64,000 bases of DNA, taken from positions 1 to 64,000 of IMG/VR virus record IMGVR_UViG_3300032038_000005; one strand, 5' to 3'. A program made the translations under genes and the position numbers. The stretch's first letter is position 1. Each line of letters begins with the position of its first letter. The DNA comes from a virus (taxonomy: Duplodnaviria; Caudoviricetes). The notes under the pieces were generated by a model. That model was not told the DNA's origin. It saw only the letters and a program-made list of their open reading frames with translations, and did not search any database. Positions 1 to 10,300 of the stretch are shown in pieces.

Positions 1-2
1 CC

Positions 3-1795
3 GGGTTACAAATCATCAATCAGCTCCGCTTGTATCCCATCGAGGGAGCAGAAAACTCTCCGTTTGTCGCCATCGGCAACTGGAATTGGAACCCGTATCC
101 GTTGTCCAGTGATATCCAGACCAAGCGCCGTGAGACCGGTACCAAAATTAAGACGAAGAATATCTCCGACAACCGCATCGGTGTGCTCGACTTTGACGTA
201 TATGTGGAGGCACGTGATAAGAACAAGAACCTTGTGTCTCAGGTGATTCACAATACCTTACACATTCCGATTGCGGATGAAAAGGGTCGTTATTATCTGG
301 ACAACCTGAGATATTCCGAGTATCAGCTCGTCGACAAACTACTGTATCCAGGCGGTGACAACAAGTTCATCATCAAGTCTTTACTGCCGGTTGTCATCCA
401 GTATGAAGAAGCCACTATCACATCCATCCGTGGAAAAATGGTTACGGCAAAGGTTGGTATGGTAAAAATCTTCACTACTATGGAACCGATTTTGTCGTGC
501 TTCATGCATGTACCGGCGGTGTTGTCTTACCTCGAGGTATTTCCCATCCTGCAGTTCTGTGACCGTATCTTGAATGATGAAGCAGACTATGAATACTTTA
601 AACCGTTGGATGCTGTAGAGCTGTATATTAAAGCTTACAAGAAAGGCTTAATCAAGTTTGAATATGTAAGAACGATTCTCACAATGGCTTATCAGTTGAT
701 TCAGTCTTATCATCCGAAGAATATGGAAGAACTCATGAATCCCCAGTGGTGGGTATATCAGTTAAGTTATTATGATGGAATGGTGGAACATCGCGGTGCT
801 TGTCATCAGATGCATGTTGCTCGTATGTTAGATACCATCAGTGCACAGGTGCTTCCCATTCCCGAAGTGGACAAACGTATCATGATTTCGTTATTGAAAT
901 ATATCTTGCAAACTGAGTTTGACGATATGAACTTCTTCTCCTTTGAGAACAAACGCTTGAGAAGAAATGAAGTTATCTCCACCATCATCACGGCAATGGT
1001 ATCCGACAAACTCAAACAGATGTTCCGTTTTGGTGCATTGGCAATGATGTCTGACATCGAAGGATACTTCAAGTTTGCACCTGACTGTATTCTGCGTAAA
1101 ATGTATGAACTTGGCACGGTGCATTCGATTGACTTTGCCAACGACTTGGATTATCCACATCTCCTGAGCTACACACGTAAGGGTTAACACAATGGCTCAT
1201 TCTCTCATATATGCTGGAACACCGTAAAGCTTTCACTACCGAAGTGTGAAAATGTGAAAGATGTCACAATTGGTAATCAGCAGGGAAGATAAGATCACCC
1301 CCAACGACTATCCCTGACGAGGGAGTACACCTATAAGTTTGCGATGGGTGGAAACGAGAGACACTTAGTAAAGTGAAGATATAGTCTGCTCTTGCATGAA
1401 AGTGTAAGAAGTTCATAAGAGAACTGCATGGATTTGCGACCCATGTGAACACAAGGCCTAATAGCTTGGGAAGATTAGACAGACACAAGATTGGTTTCGT
1501 TCATAAGCAAATGAACCCCAGTATGATTGGTAAAGTTGACTTCATCGAATCCTCAAAGGATGTGGGTCAGTCTGGTACCATCTCACCATATGCTGACGTA
1601 TCTGTCTTCTCCGATGTCAACGTCAACAAATATCCGAATATCAAGTTCGATTTGTACAAATTCATCGAACAGGAATTCCCAACCCGTGCTGTTGTATTCG
1701 ATGCGAATAACATTGTAGAATACAATCAGATTCTTGACAAGATGGTCATGTCTGTGTATATGGATATCGACTATCACATCAAACCGAAGGAGTAA
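3..1795 (+). CDS. Non-virion RNA polymerase beta subunit, N-terminal half (5'-truncated by window; exons <3-1184 and 1457-1795)
   Basis: The frame is open from position 3. Beta-like motifs GRYYLDN and FENKRLRRNE are present. Removing 1185-1456 gives YTRKG|PNSLG...MNPSMIGKVD...DVGQSGTISPY, matching the fork-loop-2 / HPSxxG region of RNAP beta. The protein ends where split beta-N halves of phiKZ/AR9-type nvRNAPs end. Confidence 0.85.
1185..1456 (+). ncRNA. Group I self-splicing intron, no internal ORF (272 nt)
   Basis: The 5' exon ends in U (GGGU, 1184), pairing in P1 with UGGCUC through a U-G wobble. Core elements are ATATGCTGGAA, AATCAGCAGG, CAACGACTAT and AAGATATAGTC (P7). The terminal G is at 1456. 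Splicing restores the reading frame. Confidence 0.92.
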
Positions 1796-1799
1796 TCGT

Positions 1800-2336
1800 A
1801 TGAATAAGATTAACCACACATTGTACCGTGGAATCATTAACAAACAGCTCCGTGTCGTTTACCAATATCAGAAAAAGGTGAATGACAAATTCCCGACCAT
1901 GAAAGACTACAGAGATACCACATATATCGAACCTTCATTCTCATTGACAATTGGGGAGCCATATGGCTCCCCCAATCGTCTCTTTCTTCCTGCAAACAAT
2001 TATTCACACTTTGTACTATTATTGCACAAATCCATCAAATTAGTTCAACAACATCTGTTGGAACTGTTTCCAAATATGAACAATACAGAGTTTGAAATCG
2101 ACTCACTCGTATTAGAAAGATTTACCACGGAAAAAGCAATGCACATTAACGGCATGACCATCATCCCTTGTGTCTGGAGCAATGAGGCAAATGAATGTTA
2201 TCCGGCGATTCAGGTCAATACGATGCATGGAAGCTGTCGTATTCCGTTAGAAGATGCAATGGCAATTGACCACACATTGTATACGTTTGATCCGCTTACG
2301 TTTGGCTTACTCATGTTAAATATGATTGGTTATTAA
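1800..2336 (+). CDS. Hypothetical protein (178 aa)
   Basis: AAGGAG SD precedes the ATG at 1800; a terminator hairpin follows. Confidence 0.75.
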   Translation: MNKINHTLYRGIINKQLRVVYQYQKKVNDKFPTMKDYRDTTYIEPSFSLTIGEPYGSPNRLFLPANNYSHFVLLLHKSIKLVQQHLLELFPNMNNTEFEIDSLVLERFTTEKAMHINGMTIIPCVWSNEANECYPAIQVNTMHGSCRIPLEDAMAIDHTLYTFDPLTFGLLMLNMIGY

Positions 2337-2337
2337 G

Positions 2338-2371
2338 AGAACGGGGGCGTGTGCCCCCGTTCTTCTTTTTT
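2338..2371. terminator. Intrinsic terminator between convergent genes
   Basis: AGAACGGGGGC-GTGT-GCCCCCGTTCT followed by a T-rich tract. Confidence 0.8.
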
Positions 2372-4289
2372 ATAACGAATTGATTCTGGTGAGTTTGTTC
2401 ACATAAGTTGTGATTTCATTTGCAAATGCATTGCCAAGATTGTAAAAGAAGTTCTCACCATAAGAAGCAGCTAACGCCAATCTTGTTACCAAACGTGCAG
2501 ATGGATTGTTTCGATATTTGTCAACACCCGTGCATTGTGCAATGTAATCAAACATTGTATGGTTATTCAAGAAATAAGCCGGTTTGTTCATCGGTGTTGT
2601 GACCATACAATGTGTCAGATTTTCAATGGTCACACTTACATTGATAGACATGGGATATCCGTTTACACTCAATCCTTGACCATCTGGATTTTTTGTAATA
2701 CCAACTTGGGTAATCATCCCCAATCTGGTTCCCCATAATCCGGGAATTTGGCATTGAATGATGGGTGGATATTGATAAGCGCCAGCGGAATACTGTGACA
2801 TCTTCGGCAATGCCATTCCCATGATATGGAATAACGGAACTAAGACATCGATCAGGTAAGTATATGGATCTCCACGTGATGCACGTAATTTGATATTTAA
2901 TGTCATACTGGATGACCCATCATGTCTGTCGAAGATCTTTGGATAAATGGGATGTTCACCAATATATGAACGAGCCATCGATCCCAATGCTCCCGTCACA
3001 AATTTGCCAACACCAAATGTCAATGTGTTCAGTACAGATTCTGCCAATCCGACAGCTGTTCCTGCCATCTTGATGATGCCGTCATCAATATCATTTGCAC
3101 TCGAGTTTGTAATGAATGCAATTTCTTTACCAATATCACTGCCTTGTTGCATTGTTGAATAGATTTTAGATTCCGTTGTAGAATTTGAATAATTCTCATT
3201 TGCAGATAAGGTGTCCACCATAAATGATACATATTGCGATGTCTCCCCCGCCAAGTTATCAATACTTGTGACATCTCCAACAGGATTGTCTTCGTCAGGA
3301 GTAATGTATCGATAGTTTGTCCAAACGTCCGTATCTCCGGTATATTGCACATCCATTCCAATGGGATATAAGCGATTTCCAATTCGAATTTTGGCTCTTT
3401 GTAAACCGAGCATAACAATTGCAGAATTGATCATCATCTTTACATTATTGATGTAGGTCTGCCAATCTGCTTCAAAAGTGTAGAATGGTTGTCCAATGGA
3501 TAATGAGGTAATCAATGGAACTGCCAACATGGCAAGGTTTCCACCAAAGGAAGAAGCAACAGTGTTAATGACATTTGATGAACTATCATATCCCACCCCT
3601 GACCAATCTAACGCATCAAGATCAGAAACTTGTGTGTCATCGTCTCCCCATACAGCATCCGCAATTCCTGAGGCATATCGACTTACAATTTCTTTTGTCG
3701 TTGACCATGTATTTGTTGCACCTTCTGTTACGGTTTCCAATGCACCCTCAATACTAAGTGAAGAAGATCCAACATCTGTTGCAGCAACATCACCAGTATC
3801 GGAAGTTGTTTCTGTTGGATCATCACTCGTTTCCGTTGTAATGGTCACTTCACTTGGTGTGGTTTCTGTATTCTTCTGTCGAATGGTTCTCATGGCATTT
3901 TCTTGATCATTGATAAATGCATTATAATTTACACCCGTATTCACTTGCACGTCATTCCGTCCAAAGATGTCATACTTTTGTAATGCTTTATTGTAAGCCA
4001 AACATTGACGAATGACATCCATGACACCGTTGTAACCCCCTGTAAATAAGGCTCTTCCAACAAAGAAGTTTGCGACTTGTGCTGGTTTCAAAACATTGTT
4101 TCGATACCAATCTCCGGTTTCTCCTTCATGTCCATCATACTGTGAATCAATTCTCATATCACATAAACTTGACAGCTGTGGAGGTGCTCCAAATAATCGT
4201 GGTGAGTACTTCGATTCAATAGGATTCTTCTGTCTGAATTCGGATGTGCTAATCTTTAATTGTCCAAATCCTGGTAAGTATGTTGCCAT
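2370..4289 (-). CDS. Virion structural protein, probable baseplate/tail-tube-initiator-like
   Basis: GAAAGGAG SD before MATYLPG. The C-terminal YPKIF...IKLRASRGDP...LVPL...ALPK...YPP...LGMI pattern resembles phiKZ-like structural proteins. There is a T/S/E-rich linker. Confidence 0.55.
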   Translation of the reverse strand: MATYLPGFGQLKISTSEFRQKNPIESKYSPRLFGAPPQLSSLCDMRIDSQYDGHEGETGDWYRNNVLKPAQVANFFVGRALFTGGYNGVMDVIRQCLAYNKALQKYDIFGRNDVQVNTGVNYNAFINDQENAMRTIRQKNTETTPSEVTITTETSDDPTETTSDTGDVAATDVGSSSLSIEGALETVTEGATNTWSTTKEIVSRYASGIADAVWGDDDTQVSDLDALDWSGVGYDSSSNVINTVASSFGGNLAMLAVPLITSLSIGQPFYTFEADWQTYINNVKMMINSAIVMLGLQRAKIRIGNRLYPIGMDVQYTGDTDVWTNYRYITPDEDNPVGDVTSIDNLAGETSQYVSFMVDTLSANENYSNSTTESKIYSTMQQGSDIGKEIAFITNSSANDIDDGIIKMAGTAVGLAESVLNTLTFGVGKFVTGALGSMARSYIGEHPIYPKIFDRHDGSSSMTLNIKLRASRGDPYTYLIDVLVPLFHIMGMALPKMSQYSAGAYQYPPIIQCQIPGLWGTRLGMITQVGITKNPDGQGLSVNGYPMSINVSVTIENLTHCMVTTPMNKPAYFLNNHTMFDYIAQCTGVDKYRNNPSARLVTRLALAASYGENFFYNLGNAFANEITTYVNKLTRINSL

Positions 4290-4393
4290 ATGCATTCTCC
4301 TTTCTATTGAATAAGATTATTAAAGCGTCTACATGTATGAATATGGATTTTATAATAAATCAAATAAATCTTATTTACTATAACTTGACGGTA

Positions 4394-4416
4394 GTATAAT
4401 CCCGGAGGGATTATAC
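4394..4416. promoter_or_regulatory. Perfect 10-bp hairpin with a GGA triloop in an AT-rich divergent intergenic region
   Basis: GTATAATCCC-GGA-GGGATTATAC. Confidence 0.5.
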
Positions 4417-4587
4417 ATATACTATATACATTGATATTATAGGGAAAATACTATAATAATATGATATGTTAGATACTATATAGAATGATTTGTTAAATAC
4501 ACAATAGATTGTTCCATATAGTGGTTTAGTTCTTCGCCGCTGAAAAACCTTATGTCTAGAAAAAGAAAACAAATTACCGATGAATTG

Positions 4588-4607
4588 GTGTCCCCGAAAG
4601 GGGACAC
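4588..4607. terminator. GNRA-capped hairpin (terminator-like)
   Basis: GTGTCCCC-GAAA-GGGGACAC, inside a longer imperfect stem and followed by a T-rich tract. Confidence 0.55.
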
Positions 4608-4640
4608 ATTAAGATTGTTTTGTTTCTTTGTCTAAGTCTA

Positions 4641-4705
4641 AAACTTTTTCTTTTGGACATATGTATTATTAAATTGACCGGAGGTCAATTATATTAGTAA
4701 TCATA
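4641..4705 (+). promoter_or_regulatory. Putative phage promoter module, copy 1 (AT-rich motif plus AATTGACC-GGA-GGTCAATT hairpin)
   Basis: Near-identical to 30528-30597; lies upstream of a plus-strand gene. Confidence 0.65.
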
Positions 4706-4737
4706 AATAGACAATTCCAGTACAAGGAGAAAGGAAT

Positions 4738-4779
4738 ATGGTGATGATAGATATGATTGTTTTGTATGTTACCGAATGA
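4738..4779 (+). CDS. Putative 13-aa leader minigene (MVMIDMIVLYVTE)
   Basis: Strong AAGGAGAAAGGA SD; its stop overlaps the next start as ATGA. Confidence 0.35.
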   Translation: MVMIDMIVLYVTE

Positions 4780-5987
4780 GAGACCCATATCAAGAAAGGA
4801 AGAATGGTAGTATGGATGATTACATCTACACGTATGACAAAGAGGAATTGAGAGAGTATCTCGAGAAGATTCACAAAGGCATCCGGGTACTGATGACACC
4901 GGAATTGGAAGCTGACCTGAAGATGTATGCCATGGAACTGGAAGCGGAAATCATGGACAATGAAGATGACATCGAGGCATTTAAGCAGTCCCATTCAGAA
5001 CTGATGCAGAAGAAGCTGGAAGCGAAAAAGAGAGAGGCTACCAAGAAAGACATTCTGGTGATTCAGTTGAGTGATGAACAGAAGGCCAAACTGGAAGAAG
5101 AAATGTCCACATCGATTGTTCGTCGCAATCCTGATTTGGTATATCATAAACGTGATGATGAGTTATACGAGTCACAAGAGAAAAGGGAAATCTTCCAGAA
5201 ATTGTCAAGACTGCAGAAGTGTTATTATAACCAGGCGGACTATGTCAATGCGATTAAGATTATCTTCGATGCAATCGAGTATTCTCTCAGACATGATTAT
5301 CCATGGATGAGTTATGAAGAAGCTGTTGCTAAATTTAATAAGGGAGAGATTCGTTTTGAATATTGTCAGCTCCCAAAATTGTATCTGAACTGGACAACCA
5401 TCATTGATGACCCCGAAACATTAAAGGGCATTGTCAATGGCACTGTCACCATCATCAATCGTGATGACAACAATAAGAAGAAAAAGAAGAAAGAAATGCC
5501 CGTTGGTCAGAGATACGAGGTAGATGTGACTGGTGCAAACGAATGGGAATATTGGTATCAGCTCCATCAGCAGGGATATAATACACCCATCAGTCCCATT
5601 ATCAAAGCAGCACAAGGTACCTTCTCCCGATTCTCATTGCCTAACACCAATATGTTCTATCAGCAGAAGGAACAGCAGCAGAGAGCACCGTTGGACTATG
5701 ATTGGATGCAGCCCAATGCCGGTGAGAATTATTATAACATCACACACAATAAGCAGTATACCACTGCAGATTTGTTGGATGACTTGCAGTATGCCAATGA
5801 TGGTAATCTGAACCAGAGCCTCCAGAGTCGCATTGATGGCTTCTTGGATGGACTGAAACATGTCCAGGATAACCCCGTCAACAATCAACTGTATCAGACA
5901 TCCTTAGTGCAGACACAAGACCAGAAAACCTTACAGATGGAACAGTCCATCTTACAGGCAATGAGAAATGCCAATCCCAACAAATAA
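4776..5987 (+). CDS. Hypothetical protein (~400 aa; alternative start 4812)
   Basis: Long ORF with a coiled-coil-like N-terminus, a poly-Lys tract and a Q/N-rich C-terminus. Confidence 0.8.
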   Translation: MRDPYQERKNGSMDDYIYTYDKEELREYLEKIHKGIRVLMTPELEADLKMYAMELEAEIMDNEDDIEAFKQSHSELMQKKLEAKKREATKKDILVIQLSDEQKAKLEEEMSTSIVRRNPDLVYHKRDDELYESQEKREIFQKLSRLQKCYYNQADYVNAIKIIFDAIEYSLRHDYPWMSYEEAVAKFNKGEIRFEYCQLPKLYLNWTTIIDDPETLKGIVNGTVTIINRDDNNKKKKKKEMPVGQRYEVDVTGANEWEYWYQLHQQGYNTPISPIIKAAQGTFSRFSLPNTNMFYQQKEQQQRAPLDYDWMQPNAGENYYNITHNKQYTTADLLDDLQYANDGNLNQSLQSRIDGFLDGLKHVQDNPVNNQLYQTSLVQTQDQKTLQMEQSILQAMRNANPNK

Positions 5988-6296
5988 GTAATTCGCAGAG
6001 TGCGGGTCTGTGGATTAACGGGTTCATGACGGATGGTTCAGGCTTCCATTCGTCACTGGCATTTTATTTCCTCCTAAGAATACACTAGTACGCTTTCGCC
6101 CCAACTGGGGCGGAGCGAAACGTGTATTTATTTTTTATATTGAAGCACTATGTGGTAGTGTCAAATCAGAAATACAGGATCATGATTTGACAATGGGTTT
6201 CATTATTCATAACTGGTACAGAATCATTACATAGAATTGACAAGGAATCTATGTAATGCATTTTGTGCGTATTTTCTCCTTTCTTATTTTGTGATA

Positions 6297-6318
6297 CGGT
6301 GGGGCATATGCCCCACCG
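6297..6318. terminator. GGGGC-ATAT-GCCCC family hairpin
   Basis: CGGTGGGGC-ATAT-GCCCCACCG. Confidence 0.6.
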
Positions 6319-6356
6319 ACATTATCTCTTGTATGTCTTCGATTATTTTAAATCTT

Positions 6357-6398
6357 CATATAAATATGATTAATATGATATAGAAATATATCATATTA
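6357..6398 (+). promoter_or_regulatory. Putative promoter plus TGATATA-GAAA-TATATCA hairpin, copy 1
   Basis: 12-bp stem TAATATGATATA-GAAA-TATATCATATTA; the module recurs at 63397-63435. Confidence 0.6.
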
Positions 6399-6485
6399 CA
6401 CTTCTCCAGTGTCATATGCTACCTGAATGCATAGGGTAGGGTGAAAGCCAGCTGGATCAAGAAGTTCCCAAAAGGGGGTATACAT

Positions 6486-7223
6486 ATGACAATTTTTAAA
6501 ATGCAGGAACTCCTGAAGAAGGGGTACCGGCGTTTAGTTGAAACCGAGAATTTCCATTCTGATAAGATTGTCCAGTGGGCAAGAAATCAGAATATTGAAA
6601 TTCTTGATTTTAACAAATCAACCATGAGCGCCTCTGACTACGAAGAGGCACAGGATCTCTATGCCGCTGGTGCGGCAACAGTGGCTAAAATGACGCTGTT
6701 CAAGCACCTTCCGATCATCAACTTCGACACGATTGACGAAGTTGATAATCTCGTCTTTATCGATACGGAAAGTCTCCGGACAGATTTCCATCTTGATGAA
6801 GATGAAATTCACTTTGTGATCCTGCATGAAGTGGGTCACATTGTGAATGCTGTCAGCGATACACAGCTCGCAAGCGAGTATGTCGCTGACAAATACGCGA
6901 TCAACACCTTGAAGCGAATCAAGGGCTGGGATAACTCCCAGGCTCTGCAGTTCTACTGCAAGGTGTTGATCAAACTCCATGGAATCTTTCCTGACGATAC
7001 CGGTGAAATTCCGCAGGAGAGATTCTCATCCTTTGACGGTGAGTACGGACACCGTCTCAAGTTCCTGAAAAAACATATGACTGATGATTACTTCATCGAA
7101 TATGTTCGTGAAGTAAGATCGTTACATGCGTGCCAGAAAATTTCGTCTCCCTCGTCTGTTGTAGAGGTTCTCAGGACCAAAGCAAAAGAAGAGGGAAACC
7201 GCATCAGCTTGTCCGAGCTGTAA
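6486..7223 (+). CDS. Zincin metallopeptidase-like protein (HExxH)
   Basis: FVILHEVGHIV followed by SEYVADKYA (ExxAD third-ligand motif as in M48/M78 families); AAAGGGGG SD before the ATG at 6486. Confidence 0.7.
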   Translation: MTIFKMQELLKKGYRRLVETENFHSDKIVQWARNQNIEILDFNKSTMSASDYEEAQDLYAAGAATVAKMTLFKHLPIINFDTIDEVDNLVFIDTESLRTDFHLDEDEIHFVILHEVGHIVNAVSDTQLASEYVADKYAINTLKRIKGWDNSQALQFYCKVLIKLHGIFPDDTGEIPQERFSSFDGEYGHRLKFLKKHMTDDYFIEYVREVRSLHACQKISSPSSVVEVLRTKAKEEGNRISLSEL

Positions 7224-7236
7224 TGTAAGTATTACA

Positions 7237-7310
7237 AATAACCGGGGGGGGGGATCTCTGGGAGCTTGCTGTTTGTCGGCCTGACGCTCCATTCTCCCTC
7301 GGTTATTTTT
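7237..7310. terminator. Long imperfect stem-loop between convergent genes, containing a G10 run
   Basis: AAATAACCGGGG pairs with CCCTCGGTTATTT; inner GGAGC/GCTCC stem; T-tract follows. Confidence 0.5.
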
Positions 7311-7315
7311 TTGAT

Positions 7316-10300
7316 TTATTGTATTTTCTTTGGTAATTCATTTTCGATTGTTGCATGTAACCATAATCCACGAACGGATTTATCCAATAGAACATGCGTT
7401 CCAGTTCGAATAAATGGAATGATTTGAACGGTATTCTCAATGCTTTCAATCGATGCATATGAATTCTTTGACAGATACAATGTGAAATATTTCGAATATG
7501 TTCCCGTTGTGTAAATCTCAAACACATCACGTTTTTCAATGATGTGGAATAATACATATTGTTGATCCACAATCATCGATCCATCGAAATGTGTTGTTGG
7601 GAATAATGGATTGGTGGTGATTTCTTTTTTCCATATAAGATCAAACTGTTTCAATATCTCTGTATTGGGAATCTCATACATTCCCAAATCATCAGTAATG
7701 GGATGATACATGGAAACACCATTCAAGGTGGGGATGTTATAATAGTTATTGTAATTCAATCTGTCATCATCTGGAATTGCACCTTCATCCCAATAGTCCA
7801 TGATATTTGTTTCTACATCCACATTGTTTGGATTTGCAATCAATCCGGTTGTGTAATTTTGTAATGGATCATGATTGGGATATCCATTATATGCAAATCG
7901 AACATGCTGTTGTAATACCGCATGATTTGATAAGAAAGCTTGTTGATATGAGTTATATACATTTCCTTCGATATCAATATACACATTTCCTTTGTTGGAC
8001 AATGTGTTCTCATACATATCATCCATTAATTCAATCAATTCAAAATTCTTCAACGAAGATAAATGAATCAATTGGAATGATGTTGGAGATAAAATCACAA
8101 CATTGCTCGTTCCTCTCAGTTGTCTACCATTGACCCAAAATTCATATCTGGTTCTGGACAATGGTGTGGGAATATAACCTGTCACATCAATCAATCCATT
8201 CTTTGGAATGTCATTTAAACAATAGCGACAAACGCTCACATAGTTTGTCCGTACCACCACACGGGAATCATTGAGTCTGGTTGATGTTTCTGGCTTATAT
8301 GTCAAACGTTTGTCAAATTGCTCATGTCGAATATTAGAGATGGGATACCGAATCTTATGAAAATGATCATAGTAAAATTCAAATGGATTAAACGTTCCGG
8401 AATTGTCTTTTTGAATTAGATCGGTTGTTTGTTTTTTGTACGATGTGTCGATATGAACTTCGATCCCAACAGTCGATCCACTTTCATGAAAGATGGGAGA
8501 TACAATGAGAAATTCATCTGGAATTTCATGATATGGCAGTAATGCAGGGGGAATCTGAACCCATGTACCATCATCATTGGTCAATAATGCTGATTGTGAA
8601 GTAACATGAATCCGTATCAAACCTCCCACACATGCATATGCTGAATCATGGAATATCGTACAAGTATAGGTTCTATCATGAAAAGCTGTCAATGTAGAAC
8701 CAATGATCTTGATGATTTGATTACCATCCTCATCCATTGCTGTTTCACCTTGGAACATGATAGATGAAATATTCCCATCATATTCCGCTTGCTGATGATT
8801 GATGCAAATCAACTTAACTGTTTCCCCGACTTTAAAGTGATCGATTTCTTGTATCATGGATACTTCATAAGATGGAATGACAAGTCCAGCAGAGGTTGTT
8901 GTATCTTTGAAAGGATTTCTGATATAACAATTTAAACTAAAATTGTCCACATCATAGACTATGTCATCTGATTTATTGATGACTGATAAATGACAGAATC
9001 TTGGTACTGGTGTAAATGGAAAATGACCACTATGCGTCCCCATTCGATCAATTGCATATTGCGTGTCTGGTTCACGTTTTTCCGTAATCGATTTTGTACT
9101 ATTGGGACGCCTGATATATAACATATCTTGTGTAGGATTTGTGAATCCCGTGATTCCATAAAATTCATTCATCCATGCATAATTGAAATAGATTGTGGAT
9201 TTGTCATCATAAGTATATGTCTCTTGATAGTCCACATGTTTCCGAATTGATAAATCTTTATACATGTCATTCTTCACAGCATCTGGATCTTCGGGAATCT
9301 CATGATTTGTGGATAGAATTGGTTTAAAACGAACTTGACAATGAACAGCACCTTGTGCATACGTGTCCTTAAACACATCCGACGATTGATATGCAAAATA
9401 GATCAATATCTTATGTGAATAAACAAATCCATCATTTGGTTGAATACGAATTCGTCTACCGGTGCGAATGACTTGATCTTCCCACGCATCCATTTGATCA
9501 AAGGTTGTTAATGTAAAGGAAACGGAATATGTAGATGGATCCATCCATCGCTTATGCTCCCAATCATACAGATACACTTTCAGTTGTTCCGCATATCGAA
9601 TATCGCGAATATCAAACTGATACGTTCGAGGTAATTTTGTACGGTTATTATTGATATACACTTTTGCCGCATCATAAGAGGAAACATTGAACCATGTTGT
9701 GGGTTGCTCTGGATCTTCCACATATGTTTTAATTCGCTTTATCAATGCTTCTGAAGTCTCAATTCGTTTGTTGAAATCTTGAATTTTTCGTTGTGCAATT
9801 TCCCTGTCATATTCTGTCTTTGCTTCTTGTAAAATGGAATACCAATCTTCTCGACGGTCAATCATTTGATCCAATGATTCTCGATCATCTGTTGATTCTG
9901 ATTGAATCTTATCTATCATAGATTGATATGTCAACTGTTCCAATTTCCAAACATCATGGTCATTGGGTTCTTGTCTCAGAATGGGATATAGTTCTGGATC
10001 CGTTAATAAAGAACGATTCACATTCAGTAATTGTAATGACATACAACCATCTTCATCCAATAATTGATTCCATCCCATATAATGAAATCTCCATTGTTTG
10101 TGTTCATCGTCCATATATGGGTCTGGGACAATGGATGGAAATCTTCCATTGATTCTAGTATACACATAATTCGCATTATTTTGTACATAGATCGGATCAC
10201 CTGGAACACTGATCATTCCATCATAATCTTCGTCGGTATATTCCAATTCTGGATCAAAGGTGGGATTGTAAAATGTTCGATATGTTTCATTGGAGAATTC

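Noticed and set aside
1445-1795. Independent 116-aa gene (and likewise 61420-61845 and 62129-63187 as separate genes)
   Set aside because: These are better explained as exons of intron-split genes.
4385-4400. Host sigma-A promoter TTGACG...TATAAT
   Set aside because: The spacer is only 4 nt, and the TATAAT is part of a hairpin arm.
4316-4640. Replication origin in the AT-rich divergent intergenic region
   Set aside because: It is AT-rich with hairpins, but no iterons or other support were visible, and divergent promoters are sufficient to explain it.
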